Shown here: one piece after another, positions 1 to 14,153 of the stretch
Layout of the letters: every line of letters starts with the position of its first letter
How positions within the stretch are numbered: position 1 is the stretch's first letter
Source of the DNA: Octopus sinensis
Taxonomy: Eukaryota
Direction of reading: 5' to 3'
NCBI RefSeq assembly: GCF_006345805.1
Contig: NC_043002.1
Location: forward strand, 105,648,001 to 105,712,000
DNA: 64,000 bases
Translations under genes and position numbers: made by a program
The notes under the pieces: model-generated
Told to the model about the DNA's origin: nothing
Databases searched by the model: none
The model's input: the letters and a program-made list of their open reading frames with translations, nothing else

Positions 1-657
1 TAGGATGACAGATTACAAAGATAAAGCACTATACAAGAAAGTGAAAACGAATGAAACTGAAAATAGGTGGGTAAAGAAAAGAATGCATGGTCAATTTCAT
101 AGGGATGTTGAAGATAAGACAGACAGAGACAAAAAGATGGCTATAGATGACTAAAAGTGATTTAAGACCGGAAACGGAGGCTCTAATCTGTGTTGCCCAA
201 GAGCAAGCACTAAGAACAAACTAGATAAAATATAGAATAAACACAGTAGAAAGTGATAAGTGCAGAATCTGTGGACAAAACGGTGAAATCGTAGGGCATA
301 TTACCAGCCAATGTACGCCACTAGCCCAGAAGGAATATAAGAGACGTCACGACAATATAGCCAGGCTTGTCCATTGGACACTTTGCAATAAGTATGGACT
401 TGACAGAACAATAAATTGGTACGACCACAAACCTGAAGGCATCGTCGAAAATAGAAATGCAAAGATCCTATGGGATTCTATAATTCAGTGCGACCATGAG
501 ATTGAGAATAGGAAAGCGGACATAGTCCTAATTGAGAAAGAAAACAAACTATGCTGGATCATAGATATAGCATGCCCACTTGACAACAAGGTATGTGATA
601 TGGAAGAAAGAACAGTCGAGAGATATGACTGGTTAGCTTGGGAAGTTAAGCAGCTGC
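1..657 (+). mobile_element. R4/Dong-clade non-LTR retrotransposon fragment (C-terminal CCHC knuckle + restriction-like endonuclease), disrupted
   Basis: Manual translation gives MHGQFHR..., PETEALICVAQEQALRT, CRICGQNGEIVGHITSQC, YKRRHDNIARLVHW, KILWD, RKADIVLIEK, IIDIACP, with stops and frameshifts. Confidence 0.85.
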
Positions 658-659
658 CC

Positions 660-1310
660 TTTCATAGAACTGGAAAACCAATAGTTCCTTACCCGAAACA
701 GACCAGCCAGTTCAAACCTGTCTTGTCGATACCCAGAGTTTCCCGAAGAACGTAATCTTCTCTTACTTACAACTAGGGCTCTATATATTGCAAAAGTGGA
801 ACTTCCACCGACTGCATCACCCAGACAGTAGATGAGCACCTGACGATATTTCACACGCCAGGACTTCAACTAGGGCAATCCTAGCACGTGTCTAACATCA
901 GCAACCATAGTATGGTGAGCACGCCTTCCAGAGGACGAAAGCAACAGATTCGACTACCTGACTTATGATACGCGACCTTCCATAGGAAGCGGAAGAGGAG
1001 ACACAATCATCAGGTCTGGTCAGAAATGGACTGTTATAGGCAAGATGGTCAGGTGGAAAATTATGACGTAAGCAATGTAGGCATTCAGCTCCTGGGGTGG
1101 ATTTTTCATGATAGCTTCCTCTAAAACTATTTCTGGGTGAGGATGGCCACTGTTCGAAACTTAATTCCAGTTCAAACAGAATGACCTTCAAGAATTCTAG
1201 CTTCTGCAGCAATGGTACAACAATCAGCACATATTGAAGAGACGAGAGAAAAGATACACGATGGATCGATCCCGTGATAGACAATACTTCCAAGAAGTGG
1301 CCCGTTAACT
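660..1310 (-). mobile_element. Degraded Tx1/L1-clade LINE reverse transcriptase remnant
   Basis: ORF 898..1293 begins SITGSIHRVSFLSSLQYVLIVVPLLQKLE, a decayed form of the RT motif SITRSVRQGCPLSPLLYVLxLEPLL. Confidence 0.55.
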
Positions 1311-1619
1311 CTGACCATTACTAAGTGCGTTGTTATGATTCAACCTCGGAACACAAACACTGAGACTTTCCGGAAGAATGTCAGCTTTTTGAATTAAGCG
1401 AGAGCTTGGTTGACACTCGTTTTATCGATTCCGGAGGAGTAAAAGGTGATCTTCACCGTCGAGACTTGGACTCAGGATAGGGAGCAGATACCGAAATGGA
1501 GGCACATGTGGGGCTACAAACTATTAATTGTAGATTGTTCAGTTAGAAAACAAAGTATTCAGTAAATAACGTATTTGTACTTACTGCTACTTATAACTTT
1601 AATTGCAGTCAATATAACT

Positions 1620-3190
<1,571 letters not shown>

Positions 3191-4227
3191 GGAGGAAGGG
3201 AAGTAGTAGTGTTAGTAAAAAAGAAGGAAAGAATGAATGAATGAATGAAAAAGCGAACGAATGTGTAAGGAAGCGGAAAGGGGGAGAAGGAAAGAGAAAG
3301 GGAAGAATGGAAAATAGAATGGAAATAAAACAAGAAATGATGGAATATAATAAACTATAAAGCTGTATAATCGTACAAAAAAACATAGTTGACCCGGGCT
3401 GCAGTCAACTTGAGCATATAAAGGATAGGAAGAAACTCCGTAAAACATTTTGTCCGACGCACTAACAATTCTACTAGTCTACCTCTGTTTACTAAATGAA
3501 AATGGTTTCTCTTCGTATTTGTTTTGGGTTTTTTACAGGTGAAATTAGAGAGAAAATGAACCAATACGTATGCCAACAATTGCTCAAAGTCTAGAGAGGT
3601 CTGACTAAAACAGCTCAAAACTAATGTTTGTCTGCAAAAAAATACACTGGGATAAAAGCAACCCCAGACTATGAAAACACAGACACAATTGACAGCATCA
3701 AGTTTGGTTGTTTACTTGTTGTCAAGGCAGAATATACGAACCTTCAGAGATCAGCGAATGGGTAGTTTAGCAATTAATTAATAGCAAGATCTTTCCACAT
3801 TGATAGCAAAAAATAATGGTCAAAGTTAAAATGACAATCTGGAATAATTTGGCATATTGTTTGTTGAGACTGACAAGACTATTTAAGCGAAATCTCAGAT
3901 CGCATGACCAAAGATTGAAACGAAAATCTATGAAAACTGGTAAACATTAAAATCCAACCCGACTAAAATATCGCCCGAAAGGAAATTAAAAAAACTGCCA
4001 AAAAACAAAAAGCTGCAAGAGCTATAAGTAATATGAAATGCTTAACAGCAAAACGAGTGTCATTACTTTGCTGGGCTGGATAAAAGAAAACTTAGAAGCA
4101 TAAATGTTACATAACTGTGCAAACAGACCAAACCTATAACCGCATACGATTATTTTAATTCAGTATCATAACTCACGTAACATACATTCTACTAAACATA
4201 ACTTATAGAGTAATATTTCACACGCCT

Positions 4228-4665
4228 AAGGCGGCGAGCTGGCAGACGCGTTAGCACGCCGGGCGAAATGCTTACCGTATTTCGACTGCCGTTACGTTCT
4301 AAAGTTCAAATTCCGCCGAGGTCGACTTTGCCTTTCATCCTTTCGGGGGTCGATAAATTAAGTACCAGTTACGCACTAGGGTCGATGTAATCGGCTTAAT
4401 CCCTTTGTCTGTCCTTGTTTGTCCTCTCTATGCTTAGCCCCTTGTGGGCAATAAAGAAATAAGAAATGTTAGCATGCTGGGCGAAATGCTTAGCGGTGTT
4501 TCGTCTGTCTTTACGTTCTCAGTTCAAATTCCACCGAGGTCGACTTTGCCTTTTACCTTTTCGGGGTCAATAAATTATGTACCAGTTGCTTACTGCGGTT
4601 GATCTAATTGACTGGTCCCCCTCCCCAAAAATTTTGGGATTTGTGCCTAGAATACAAAAGAGTAT
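4228..4665 (+). mobile_element. tRNA-derived SINE family A, dimeric copy
   Basis: Head AAGGCGGCGAGCTGGCAG with B-box GTTCAAATTCC and central GCCTTTCATCCTTTCGGGGTCGATAAATTAAGTACCAG; a second unit restarts at about 4461 and ends in a different tail. Confidence 0.85.
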
Positions 4666-5158
4666 TTTACACACCTACATTACTATAAAACAGCTTAAAC
4701 ACCTACTATACTATAAACTCTACTACACACGATATACTACAAAACAAATTACACAACATATTCTACGCCTCACCTCCAAATACTAACAGCTAGCTGCAAA
4801 AATGAATGCAGCGGTTAACCATTAACTTTAAAGCAATTCAACTCACTTCAGAATTAATTTAATCCTAAGTATGAGAATGGACACTATCTCTAGAGAGGTC
4901 CCACATATTTTACAAGTTCAAGAATACATGAACTCTTCAAAGATGTTTCGGTTTAATTCTCAGATGGTGAAGACCTTCTTTTAGGGATAGTTATTGAAAT
5001 ACTTGAAAAAAATAATAGTCAATTGAAGAGAGATGTCTAGAGAGTAGATTGGGTGAAATACTGTTTCATACAGTTCTATATTTAGGAGATGAGGAATTAT
5101 GTACATTATTTACATTATTTATATTTGACGGATATTTGTCCTCATCTTGTTTGTTGTT

Positions 5159-5204
5159 AACACAACGTTTCGGCCGATATATCCTCCAGCCTTCATCAAG
5201 TGTC
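5159..5204 (-). ncRNA. Hammerhead motif in the inverted arm of family D (C3>U core variant)
   Basis: Reverse complement reads GACAC-UUGAUGA-AGGCUG...CGGCC-GAAACGUU-GUGUU. Confidence 0.6.
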
Positions 5205-5429
5205 TTGCGGAAATTTCGAATCTGGGTCCTCATTCATAAGGTATTTTTCGATGTTATTTTTATTATTATTATTATTCAGGTCACTGCCTGGAATCGAACT
5301 CGGAATCATGGGGTTAGTAGCCTGCGCTCTTAACCACTACGCCATATGCCCGTGGGCAGTTATGGAGTGAATTTTAAGGCTTATAAAAATACCTTAGGAA
5401 TGAGAACCCAGGTTCGAAATTTCCCCCAA

Positions 5430-5475
5430 GACACCTGATGAAGGCTGGAGAGTATATCAGCCGAAACGTTGTGTT
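5430..5475 (+). ncRNA. Minimal type I hammerhead ribozyme motif (Penelope-type), intact core
   Basis: GACAC-CUGAUGA-A-GGCUG(loop)CAGCC-GAAA-C-GUU-GUGUU; stem I GACAC/GUGUU, stem II GGCUG/CAGCC, palindromic ACGU stem III; predicted cut after 5470. Confidence 0.8.
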
Positions 5476-5544
5476 AACAACAAACAAGATTAGGGTAAAT
5501 GTCCGTCAAATGTAAATAATGTAAATAATGAAATAGTGTTTGTT

Positions 5545-6480
5545 TAAACCCAGCAGAGCTATTTGTGAGTCACGTGGTCGGGTGTCGTCATGGTGGAGTA
5601 TTGGTCCTTTCCGATTGACCAATTACTGGATGTAAATGTAGCCAAGCTTTGGTGCATTTTATCGATTTTCTGTGACGATTTAGTAAAGATAAAAAATATA
5701 TTTTAGTCATGGATAATTCCACTCACCATCAAACAATGACTATAACCATTTTTTATGCAGCCTCGGTTTGGGAAAATACTTTGTTCGCTTCGGTCGATTT
5801 GTTGTGCGGGATGGCGTCGGTCGTCGTATATGACCCATTTTATTTTCTTCACATGTCACATGATCAAGAAATGAATTGCTTTTGTTGCCCAGAAATGCAG
5901 ATTAAATTTCGCAAAAAAATTAATTTTTGGTTCACATTGTCGAGTTTGTTGTTTTTGCTTTTTTGTTTATTATTTTTTCATCAGTGACCGTTATTTGCAC
6001 TGATGTGATACAAATCCCGATCAAAGTATGAAATGGTCAATGCTGGATACTTTGTAACCTCTGGAGTTGTTTTCACATGGGTCCATTTCAATAATGATCT
6101 TCAGTTGATCATAATCAATTATAGAAAGACCTCAGCGGCTTTCTTCATCTTCAACGCGCTTGCCTCTCCTGTAAACCAATTTGGAACCAAGGTGGAGTTC
6201 TATGCTTATTGAAGCGTTGGTTCATATTGAAACGCTTTCCACTGCTTCTCGTTCCGTTTTAAACTCACGAATACTATCACACGAATTTGCTTTCTTCCCT
6301 GTCCACTTTGACAGCATAAAATATACCAAGATATATTAATAGGTGAAGGCAAAAAAATGTCTTCATAAACCGACCAAACTCGACATTTCCACTTCAAAAT
6401 GACATATTACAACGAAAATAGTTAAATAGAAGTTTATTCCAAAATAAACCTCGAAGTTTAGAATAACAAAAACAACAATT
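5545..6480 (-). mobile_element. Decayed mariner transposon
   Basis: Minus-strand translation shows KWVIYDD and LVNRKGPILHHDDTRP (decayed HDNARPH). Confidence 0.7.
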
Positions 6481-6499
6481 ATTTTCCTTCTAACTTCAC

Positions 6500-6920
6500 A
6501 GCGAGAATATTTGGGAAAGGATAAAGAGAAAAATACAAATCGGTATAAGTTACGAAGAAAAACAAAACAAAAACTGCCTTCTTCGCTTAAACAAGCAAAT
6601 ACTAAACAAAAGCTGAGGTATTACACAGAAAGAAGATAATGGACAAACAGCAACAGGATCTGTAATGACCAAAACAAAATTATAAATAAATAAATTGAAA
6701 ATGGGATTAGAAATTGTACTGCGAAAAACGCTGGCAAGAAAATAGCCAAGATGGACAACAATGCTTGTCATGTGTAATGAAAGTAGAAGCAAGTAAAAGA
6801 AAATACTCAGCGTTGCCAACATTTTATGTGGAGTACTTTTAATATTATGTAAAACAGTAGAGGACCTAAAGTGTATAGAGCTGCACACAGTTTGCGTAAT
6901 AAAAGCATGCAAGAATAATA
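6500..6920 (+). mobile_element. Possible R4/Dong-like LINE pre-RT fragment, heavily decayed
   Basis: Lys/Glu-rich remnant resembling the KLRRY...QN..F..DQK region upstream of R4 RT. Confidence 0.35.
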
Positions 6921-6959
6921 AGACTACTGCAACAACAACAACAACAATAATAATAATAA

Positions 6960-7335
6960 GTGGGGGAGCATCATAGAGTGGTGGAGCATCATAGGTGGGG
7001 AAGCATCATAGCCATGTGTTGAGAGGGATTGTTTGGGGTTTAAATAATTCACCTCTGGAAACATGGGTGTTTCATTTAACATCCTTAGATAACCCTTATT
7101 CAAGGACCTTTTGAGTGGGATGGGTTACTCGACCAGAAGAAAATTCTAACTGGGCCCCACCTGCAAGGTCATGTGCTGTTTATCTTCATATGAGATCACC
7201 ATATCGCGCACTATGGTTGTGATGCACGTGCCTGGTGTACCCTTATCAGACGGGTATAGTCATGATGGGTATACTGGGCTTCGTATATTTTATACCCCAG
7301 TGTCACTTGATGGCATGCACCTGCTCTCTCACTCA
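6960..7335 (+). mobile_element. Family E (TAA)n-associated retroelement, 5'-truncated copy
   Basis: Matches the right part of 14152-14708; ends CTGCTCTCTCACTCA followed by (TAA)n. Confidence 0.75.
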
Positions 7336-7504
7336 ATAATAATAATAATATAATAATAATAATAATAATAATAAATAATAATAATAATAATATATAATAA
7401 TAATTGGCTGAAGGTGGGAATAAAAACCTCTGCATGACAGATATGTAACAAGCTGATGTAGACCAGAAGCACACCCATCAGTTGCTACGGAACTCACGGC
7501 TAAA

Positions 7505-7637
7505 AGCACACATATGGTTGTGATGCATGTGCCTGGTGTACCCTTATCAGACGGGTAGTAGTCATGGAGAGGGTATACTGGGCTTCGTATATTTTACCCC
7601 AGTGTCACTTTGATGGCATGCACTGTTCTCTCACTCA
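7505..7637 (+). mobile_element. Family E, short 5'-truncated copy
   Basis: Terminal about 130 bp of family E followed by TAA repeats. Confidence 0.7.
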
Positions 7638-8008
7638 ATAATAATAATGACAACAACAATAACAGCGACAACAATAGCAAGAAAAACAAAAAAAGGTAAT
7701 AACGGCGATCACGACTATGGTGACGGGGATGGTGTTGGTGGTGTGGTGGTGGTGGTGGTGGTGGTGTGGACCAAGTTCACCTACATCAGCAGCAGCAACA
7801 GCAACAGGAGCTGCGAAAGCAAGAAGAATATTAACAACAACGACAACAACAACAACAACAACAGTAACATAAACAGATCGTCTTCAGCAATCTCCACAAA
7901 ATTCGTCAGTGTCAAAGGTCAACCGAGAATAATTGATGAGTTACAAAAACTTGATTAACTTTTTTTAAACTATCAACAACAACGATGTCTTTGCCGACGA
8001 TGATGACA

Positions 8009-8045
<37 letters not shown>

Positions 8046-8535
8046 GATAATGACGACGACGGTGGTGATGGTGATGACAGTGGTGATGACGATGATGATG
8101 ATGATGATGAACACAGCAATAAGGACAGTGGAATCGAACCAAAGCAACAGCAGCAGCCGCAGCAGCAGCCGCAGCAGCAGCAATTAGCGCGATTTGATTA
8201 ACTTTTTTAAAAATATCAAATACAATAATAGCAACAACAAACAAAAACAAGAACAAGAACAAGAACAGGAAGAATAACATCGACAGCAAAAACACTGCCT
8301 TCATTCTCCACCCCACCCCGCCGCCACAACCACCACCACCACCACCGCAAAAGTAATATTTAGACACATCTACAACATACCCGAAACACCACTACAACCT
8401 AACAATACTATTTCTTCCTTCCAGTCCAGTCATGTTTCGTACAACAATGCTAGGCCATTCTAACAACGCTTTCTCTATAGACTCCAGTGCTGACATGTCC
8501 CCTACGCTCCTGGATTATACTATCACATCAACCTA

Positions 8536-9279
8536 TATCTCTACTACCCACAAGGGGCTAAACACAGAGGGGACAAACCCCAGTGCGTAACTGGTACTTA
8601 ATTTATCGACCCCGAAAGGATGAAAGGCAAAGTCAACCTCGGCGGAATTTGAACTCAGAACGTAACGGCAGACGAAATATCTATTTCTTTACTACCCCAC
8701 AAGGGGCTACACACAGAGGGGACAAACAAGGACAGACAAACGATTAAGTCGATTACATCGACCCCAGTGCGTAACTGGTACTTAATTTATCGACCCCGAA
8801 AGTTGACAGGACAAAGTCGACCTCGGCGGAATTTGAACTCAGAACGTAGCGGCAGACGAAATACCTATTTCTTTACTGCCCACAAGGGGCTACCACAGAG
8901 GGGACAAACAAGGACAGACAAACGGATTAAGTCGATTACATCGACCCCATTGCGTAACTGGTACTTAATTTATCGACCCCGAAAATGATGAAGGCAAAGT
9001 CGACCTCGCGGAATTTGAACTCAGAACGTAGCGGCAGACGAAATACCTATTTCTTTACTGCCCACAAGGGGCTACACACAGAGGGGACAAACAAGGACAG
9101 ACAAACGGATTAAGTCGATTACATCGACCCCAGTGCGTAACTGGTACTTAATTTATCGACCCCGAAAGGATGAAAGGCAAAGTCGACCTCGGCGGAATTT
9201 GAACTCAGAACGTAACGGCAGACGAAATACGGCTACGCATTTTGCCCGGCGTGCTAACGATTCTGCCAGCTCGCCACCT
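8536..9279 (-). mobile_element. SINE family A concatemer (one head, 4 body units of about 183 bp)
   Basis: Three GACGAAATA(C/T)CTATTTCTTT junctions; perfect 18-bp TSD TACTATCACATCAACCTA at 8518-8535 and 9280-9297. Confidence 0.9.
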
Positions 9280-9884
9280 TACTATCACATCAACCTAACA
9301 CTACTACTCCCTCCCATTCTGTCCAGAAACATCTAAAATCAAAATATTACTCCAATACTATCCAAATTACACAACCTCTCTCACTCAATCAAGGCATATC
9401 AACAACGCCTCAAAACACAATTACAACGTCACAGAAGACTGCTACAACTACATGCTAGTAGCGCTATCACTCCCGCTTTGTGTAGACACTTTAGAAAATT
9501 CCTGTATTACTGAACGTTAGAACTCTATGATGTAGAATGACAACATCAACCTAGCAATGCTATAACTTCTACGCTCTGAGTTCAAGTAACACCGTTTTTC
9601 ATATTTTCGGGGTCGATAAAACTGTAAGAATCCAATGTGGTGGACAGGCGGATCTTTAAGAACTTCGGATCAGGTGCTTCGCAGTATTTCTTTCGGTTCT
9701 TTTCGTCCTAACTACAAATCTCGCCATAACGTAATGGAGAAATAGATTTCATGCGCAGTCGAGTCTATTGCATGTCTTCGGAAGCAGCGCCTTACCACAA
9801 GGATACGTTAAATAACTGCGGCTATGACAAGACGGGATGGTCAAAGCTGAGAAACCTTTCATTATAATCATCATAATCACAATC

Positions 9885-9886
9885 TG

Positions 9887-9918
<32 letters not shown>

Positions 9919-10010
9919 ACATCATCATCATCATCAACATCATCATCATCATCAACATCATCAACATCATCATCATCATCAACATCATCATCATCATCAA
10001 CATCATCATC

Positions 10011-10072
<62 letters not shown>

Positions 10073-10100
10073 CCATCATCATCACTCACACCATCATCAC
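9885..10100. repeat. (CAT)n microsatellite with CAA interruptions
   Basis: Direct observation. Confidence 0.95.
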
Positions 10101-12298
10101 TAACAGTCCACAACTATGACTACCTCTACTACTATTATGGACACCGCTACCATCAATATCATCACCATTATTATCAAGATATTCTGCAGTATCACCATCA
10201 CCACCATCCTTATTACCATCATCATCATCATCGTCAGTCGTACCATTGTACCTGTGAGTAATATTCACAAAAGATGATTTAGCTGTTGTTGTTGTTGCTG
10301 CTGCTGCTGCTGTAAAATTATTGATTTTTAGTGAAGTATCTCTCATAAAAGACTATCAGCAGATTCATCATGGCTAAATTGGTAATTAGAGGAAATTAAA
10401 CACACACACACACACACACCACACACACACGCACACGCACACACGCACGCATACAGTCATGCACAAGCATATACTCGCAACCACAGATTGATGTTCAACC
10501 CCCACACTACAACTTATATAAATACACAGATATTCACAAACTCATGCGTATACACACACATATACACAAACACCACACACACACACAGCTGCACATAAAT
10601 ATTCGTACACAAAATACACACACACCCATTCACCCAAACTTATAGTCACAGTCATGATACTCACACGCATTACATACACACACATCAGCAAACCCACATA
10701 AACTCACAGCCCCGCACACTCATACAAGTCGAAACCCATACGTATACCGAAAAGAGACATACATACGTATGAACACACATAAGTACACACACACACACAC
10801 ACACATACTCCTAGAGGAGGAGAGAGATAGAGATACAAACTCACAAAGATTTACATACATTCATACATACACACGTACAGAAATTCACACATACGGATGT
10901 TCATATATATACACAAAAATATACGCTAATACACACGCTTAAAGGGCCTGATATATAAAATCGCACACATCCCTGCACATATATGTAGTCATATAGACAC
11001 ACAGAAATGCAGGCGAAAAAGAAAGTCACAGATGTACGCAACCACGGGCACAGCACACTCACCCATACAATCACATATACACAACTACACACCACATATT
11101 TCATGACATAGACTGCGTGTATCATACGATACACACATGCATACATCGTACCACACAAAGGCATAAGCCGCAGAAATGCATATACGCATACATATCATAT
11201 ATACCACGCAAACCACATGTTCTACACTGGACATACACACACACCACACACTCACACCACACACACACACATCTTGCGTATCGTGGTCAGAAATCAATCC
11301 ACACCGTAAATAACATGTCAAAGAGAGAAGCACTCAGAGGTGTAACACCAGACTAAGAATTCAAGGTATCTTTTGTTATTGACTATGATAAAAAAAAAAG
11401 TCTGACTATTTTCCTTTTAACATAAACACTGCCGTCAACTGCATATGTTCCAAGATAAAATCCCAGGATCCAAGGAAATTGGAGGTGATCTGTGTCTACA
11501 AAAGTTATTCCATAAAAATTACAAGAAACCAAATCAAAGTGAATTAATTTTCTAGATTTACTCTAAGGGGTACGAAAATCTAACTTTTCGGACATTTTTC
11601 CGACTTCAAAGAGAGATATGTAGATGAAATAATTCCGTAATAGCACGAGGCCTAGTGGTTAAAGTGTTCAGCTCATAATTATAAGATCGTGGGTTCAATA
11701 TCCAGAGCTTGAGGTGTGTTGTGCCCTTCATTATCACTTTATTTTTTATGTTGTTCCATTCTAGTTTTCTGTGATGAGTACCAGGTTGGTGTACACCTCA
11801 CTCTATCTAGCTATAATATTTTGAGTACTACGCTAGGTCAAGGATGAGGAAGTCGAGATTGTGCTGGTATATTTGTCTGTGACAACATAAACACCTAACA
11901 TAATTTACAAAAGCATGGTACACATTACATAGTCATAAACGCTTACGAATGATGGCCAGTTGTACCAATATAGTACGACGGGGGAATGGAGATTATAGAG
12001 ATTATAATATCACAGTTGTGGAGAAGTGGAAGATTAATATGGAATGCCAGGCAATGGGAGAGAGAATAGGGAAGGAAGAGGTATAAGTAGTGTGAGAGAG
12101 GATTGACATAGGAGGAAATAAAGTGGAGGTGAAGGATAATAAAAGTTTATTGCAGTAGCTCGGTCAGAAAAGGGAAAGAGGTGGGTAATAATCATTGAGG
12201 TGTACATAAATGTACCACACAGAGACCCGAAATGAAAATAAGACAATCAATTAGAATACTGACGCGAGTTTAATGAGAAAGAGTAATTTTATAACTTA

Positions 12299-12694
12299 CT
12301 AGCAGTATCGCCCGGCGTTGCTCGGGTTTTTAAGGGAAATAACTATATAAGCATTTTTAGAGATGTAAAGTATAATAGCCATCTCAATATGGCTAACCAC
12401 AAAGGGGGGTGTTACTGTAGCTTTTTACGTTCTGAGATTTAATAATACATTTTTAGAGAGTTACTTCCCTTTTATAATAGCAAAAAAAAAATCATTAAAA
12501 ATGGGAAAAAATGATGGTAATTTTTTTTTAAATCGTAGACTCATCGGACGACGCCGCTAATACCCAGAAGGGTTCGATATGAATCACGACTATAAGATAC
12601 CCGCTTTTGGTTACACTGCACCGCAAAATGTGGGAGTAGTTAGGAATCTAAATCGTAGGAGACAGACACACAACTTCACTTTTATATATAAAGA
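12299..12694 (-). mobile_element. Non-autonomous Helitron
   Basis: On the minus strand it starts A|TCTTTATATATAAAAGTGAAGTTGTG and ends with hairpin CCCGAGCAACGCCGGG plus CTGCTAG|T; inserted between A and T with no TSD. Confidence 0.85.
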
Positions 12695-12964
12695 TTAAAG
12701 CGACGTACATCTTGATTCGTTCCCGCACCAGACAAATTGCTCAGAGGCATTTCTTCTGGCTTTAGGCTCTGAGTTCAAATGCTATCCAAGTCGACATCGC
12801 CTTTCCTATTTTCAGGGCTGATAAAATAATATCAGTTGAGTACAAGGGTCGATGTAATCGATTAATACGCTTCCAATGAATTCGGACCCTATGCCCATAG
12901 TAGAAAGAATTATTATTATTTATATAGTTATTTATTAAACCATATTCATTGAAATAATCCTTAA

Positions 12965-13406
12965 CAAGAAGAAGAAGAAAAAGAAGAAGAAGAAGAAAAA
13001 GGAAGAGGAGGAGGAGGAGGAGAGAAGAAAGAAGAAGAAGAGAAGAAAAAGAAGAAGAGAGAAGAAGAGAAGAAGAGAAAAGAAGAAGGAGAAGAAGAAG
13101 AAGAAGAAGAAGAAGAAAAAAGAAGAAGAGAGAAAAGGGAGGAGAAGAGGAAGAAGAAGAGAAGAAGAGAAGAAGAAGAAGAAGAAGGAGAAGAAGAAGA
13201 AGGAGGAGAAGAAGAAGAAGAAGAAAAGAAAAGAAGAAGAAAAAGAAGAAAAAGAAGAAAAAGAAAAGAAGAAGAAGAAGAAGGAGAGAGAAGAAGAGAA
13301 GAGAAGAAAAAAGAAGAAGAAGAAAGAAGAAGAAGAAGAAGAAGAAGAAGAAGAAGAAGAAGAAGAAGAAGGAAGAAGAAGAAGAAGGGGGAGAAGAAGA
13401 AGAAGA
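12965..13406. repeat. Polypurine (GAA)n-type tract of about 440 bp
   Basis: Essentially only A and G on the + strand. Confidence 0.95.
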
Positions 13407-13407
13407 A

Positions 13408-13870
13408 ACCCAGGCAGTGGCTCTCAGGGCTTCTGGTCTTAACTAGTTTGAAGTTTTATGTACATTTTTTTTTTCTTGGTATAAAAGTTGAGTTGCAGCA
13501 AATATTCTGCTCAATATCACAGATTTGCTTGTCAGTTGTTTGATCTAATCCAGCTGAGGATGTCCCTTAGTGGATGACGCTATGTGCATCTCTGATAACG
13601 AGCAGTAGTGGGAGAGCAGCATAGCTATTAACATCCTTAAACAATCCTTATTCAGGGACTTTTTGAGCGGGATAGGCTACTCAACCTAAAGAAAATTCTA
13701 ACTTGGACACACATGCAAGATCATGCGTTGTTTATTTTGATATGAGATCACCATGTCGCACACATATGTTTGTGATGCATGTGCCTGGTGCACCCTCATC
13801 AGATGGGTAGTCATGATGGGCTTAGTATATTTTACCCCAGTGTCACTTTGATAGCATGCACTGCTCTCTC
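13408..13870 (+). mobile_element. Family E, older internally deleted copy
   Basis: Colinear with 14152-14708 but more diverged; followed by a (TAA/CAA)n tract at 13871-14151. Confidence 0.75.
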
Positions 13871-13904
<34 letters not shown>

Positions 13905-13909
13905 TAATA

Positions 13910-13948
<39 letters not shown>

Positions 13949-13964
13949 TAATAATAATAATAAT

Positions 13965-13998
<34 letters not shown>

Positions 13999-13999
13999 C

Positions 14000-14052
<53 letters not shown>

Positions 14053-14109
14053 AACAATAACAATACAATAACAATAACAATAACAATAACAATAACAATA
14101 ATAATAATA

Positions 14110-14151
<42 letters not shown>

Positions 14152-14153
<2 letters not shown>

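Larger units (their letters stand above)
5069..5530. mobile_element. Family D: tRNA-headed, hammerhead-containing retroelement inserted as a fold-back (inverted arms)
   Basis: Minus arm 5069-5350 is complete with the tRNA-like head; plus arm about 5387-5530 repeats the 3' part; flanks TGAAATACTGTTT (5054-5066) and TGAAATAGTGTTT (5529-5541) form a probable TSD. Confidence 0.8.

Noticed and set aside
8536-9279. Regular repeats suggesting a CRISPR array
   Set aside because: Units are whole SINE bodies without unique spacers; eukaryotic context and no cas genes
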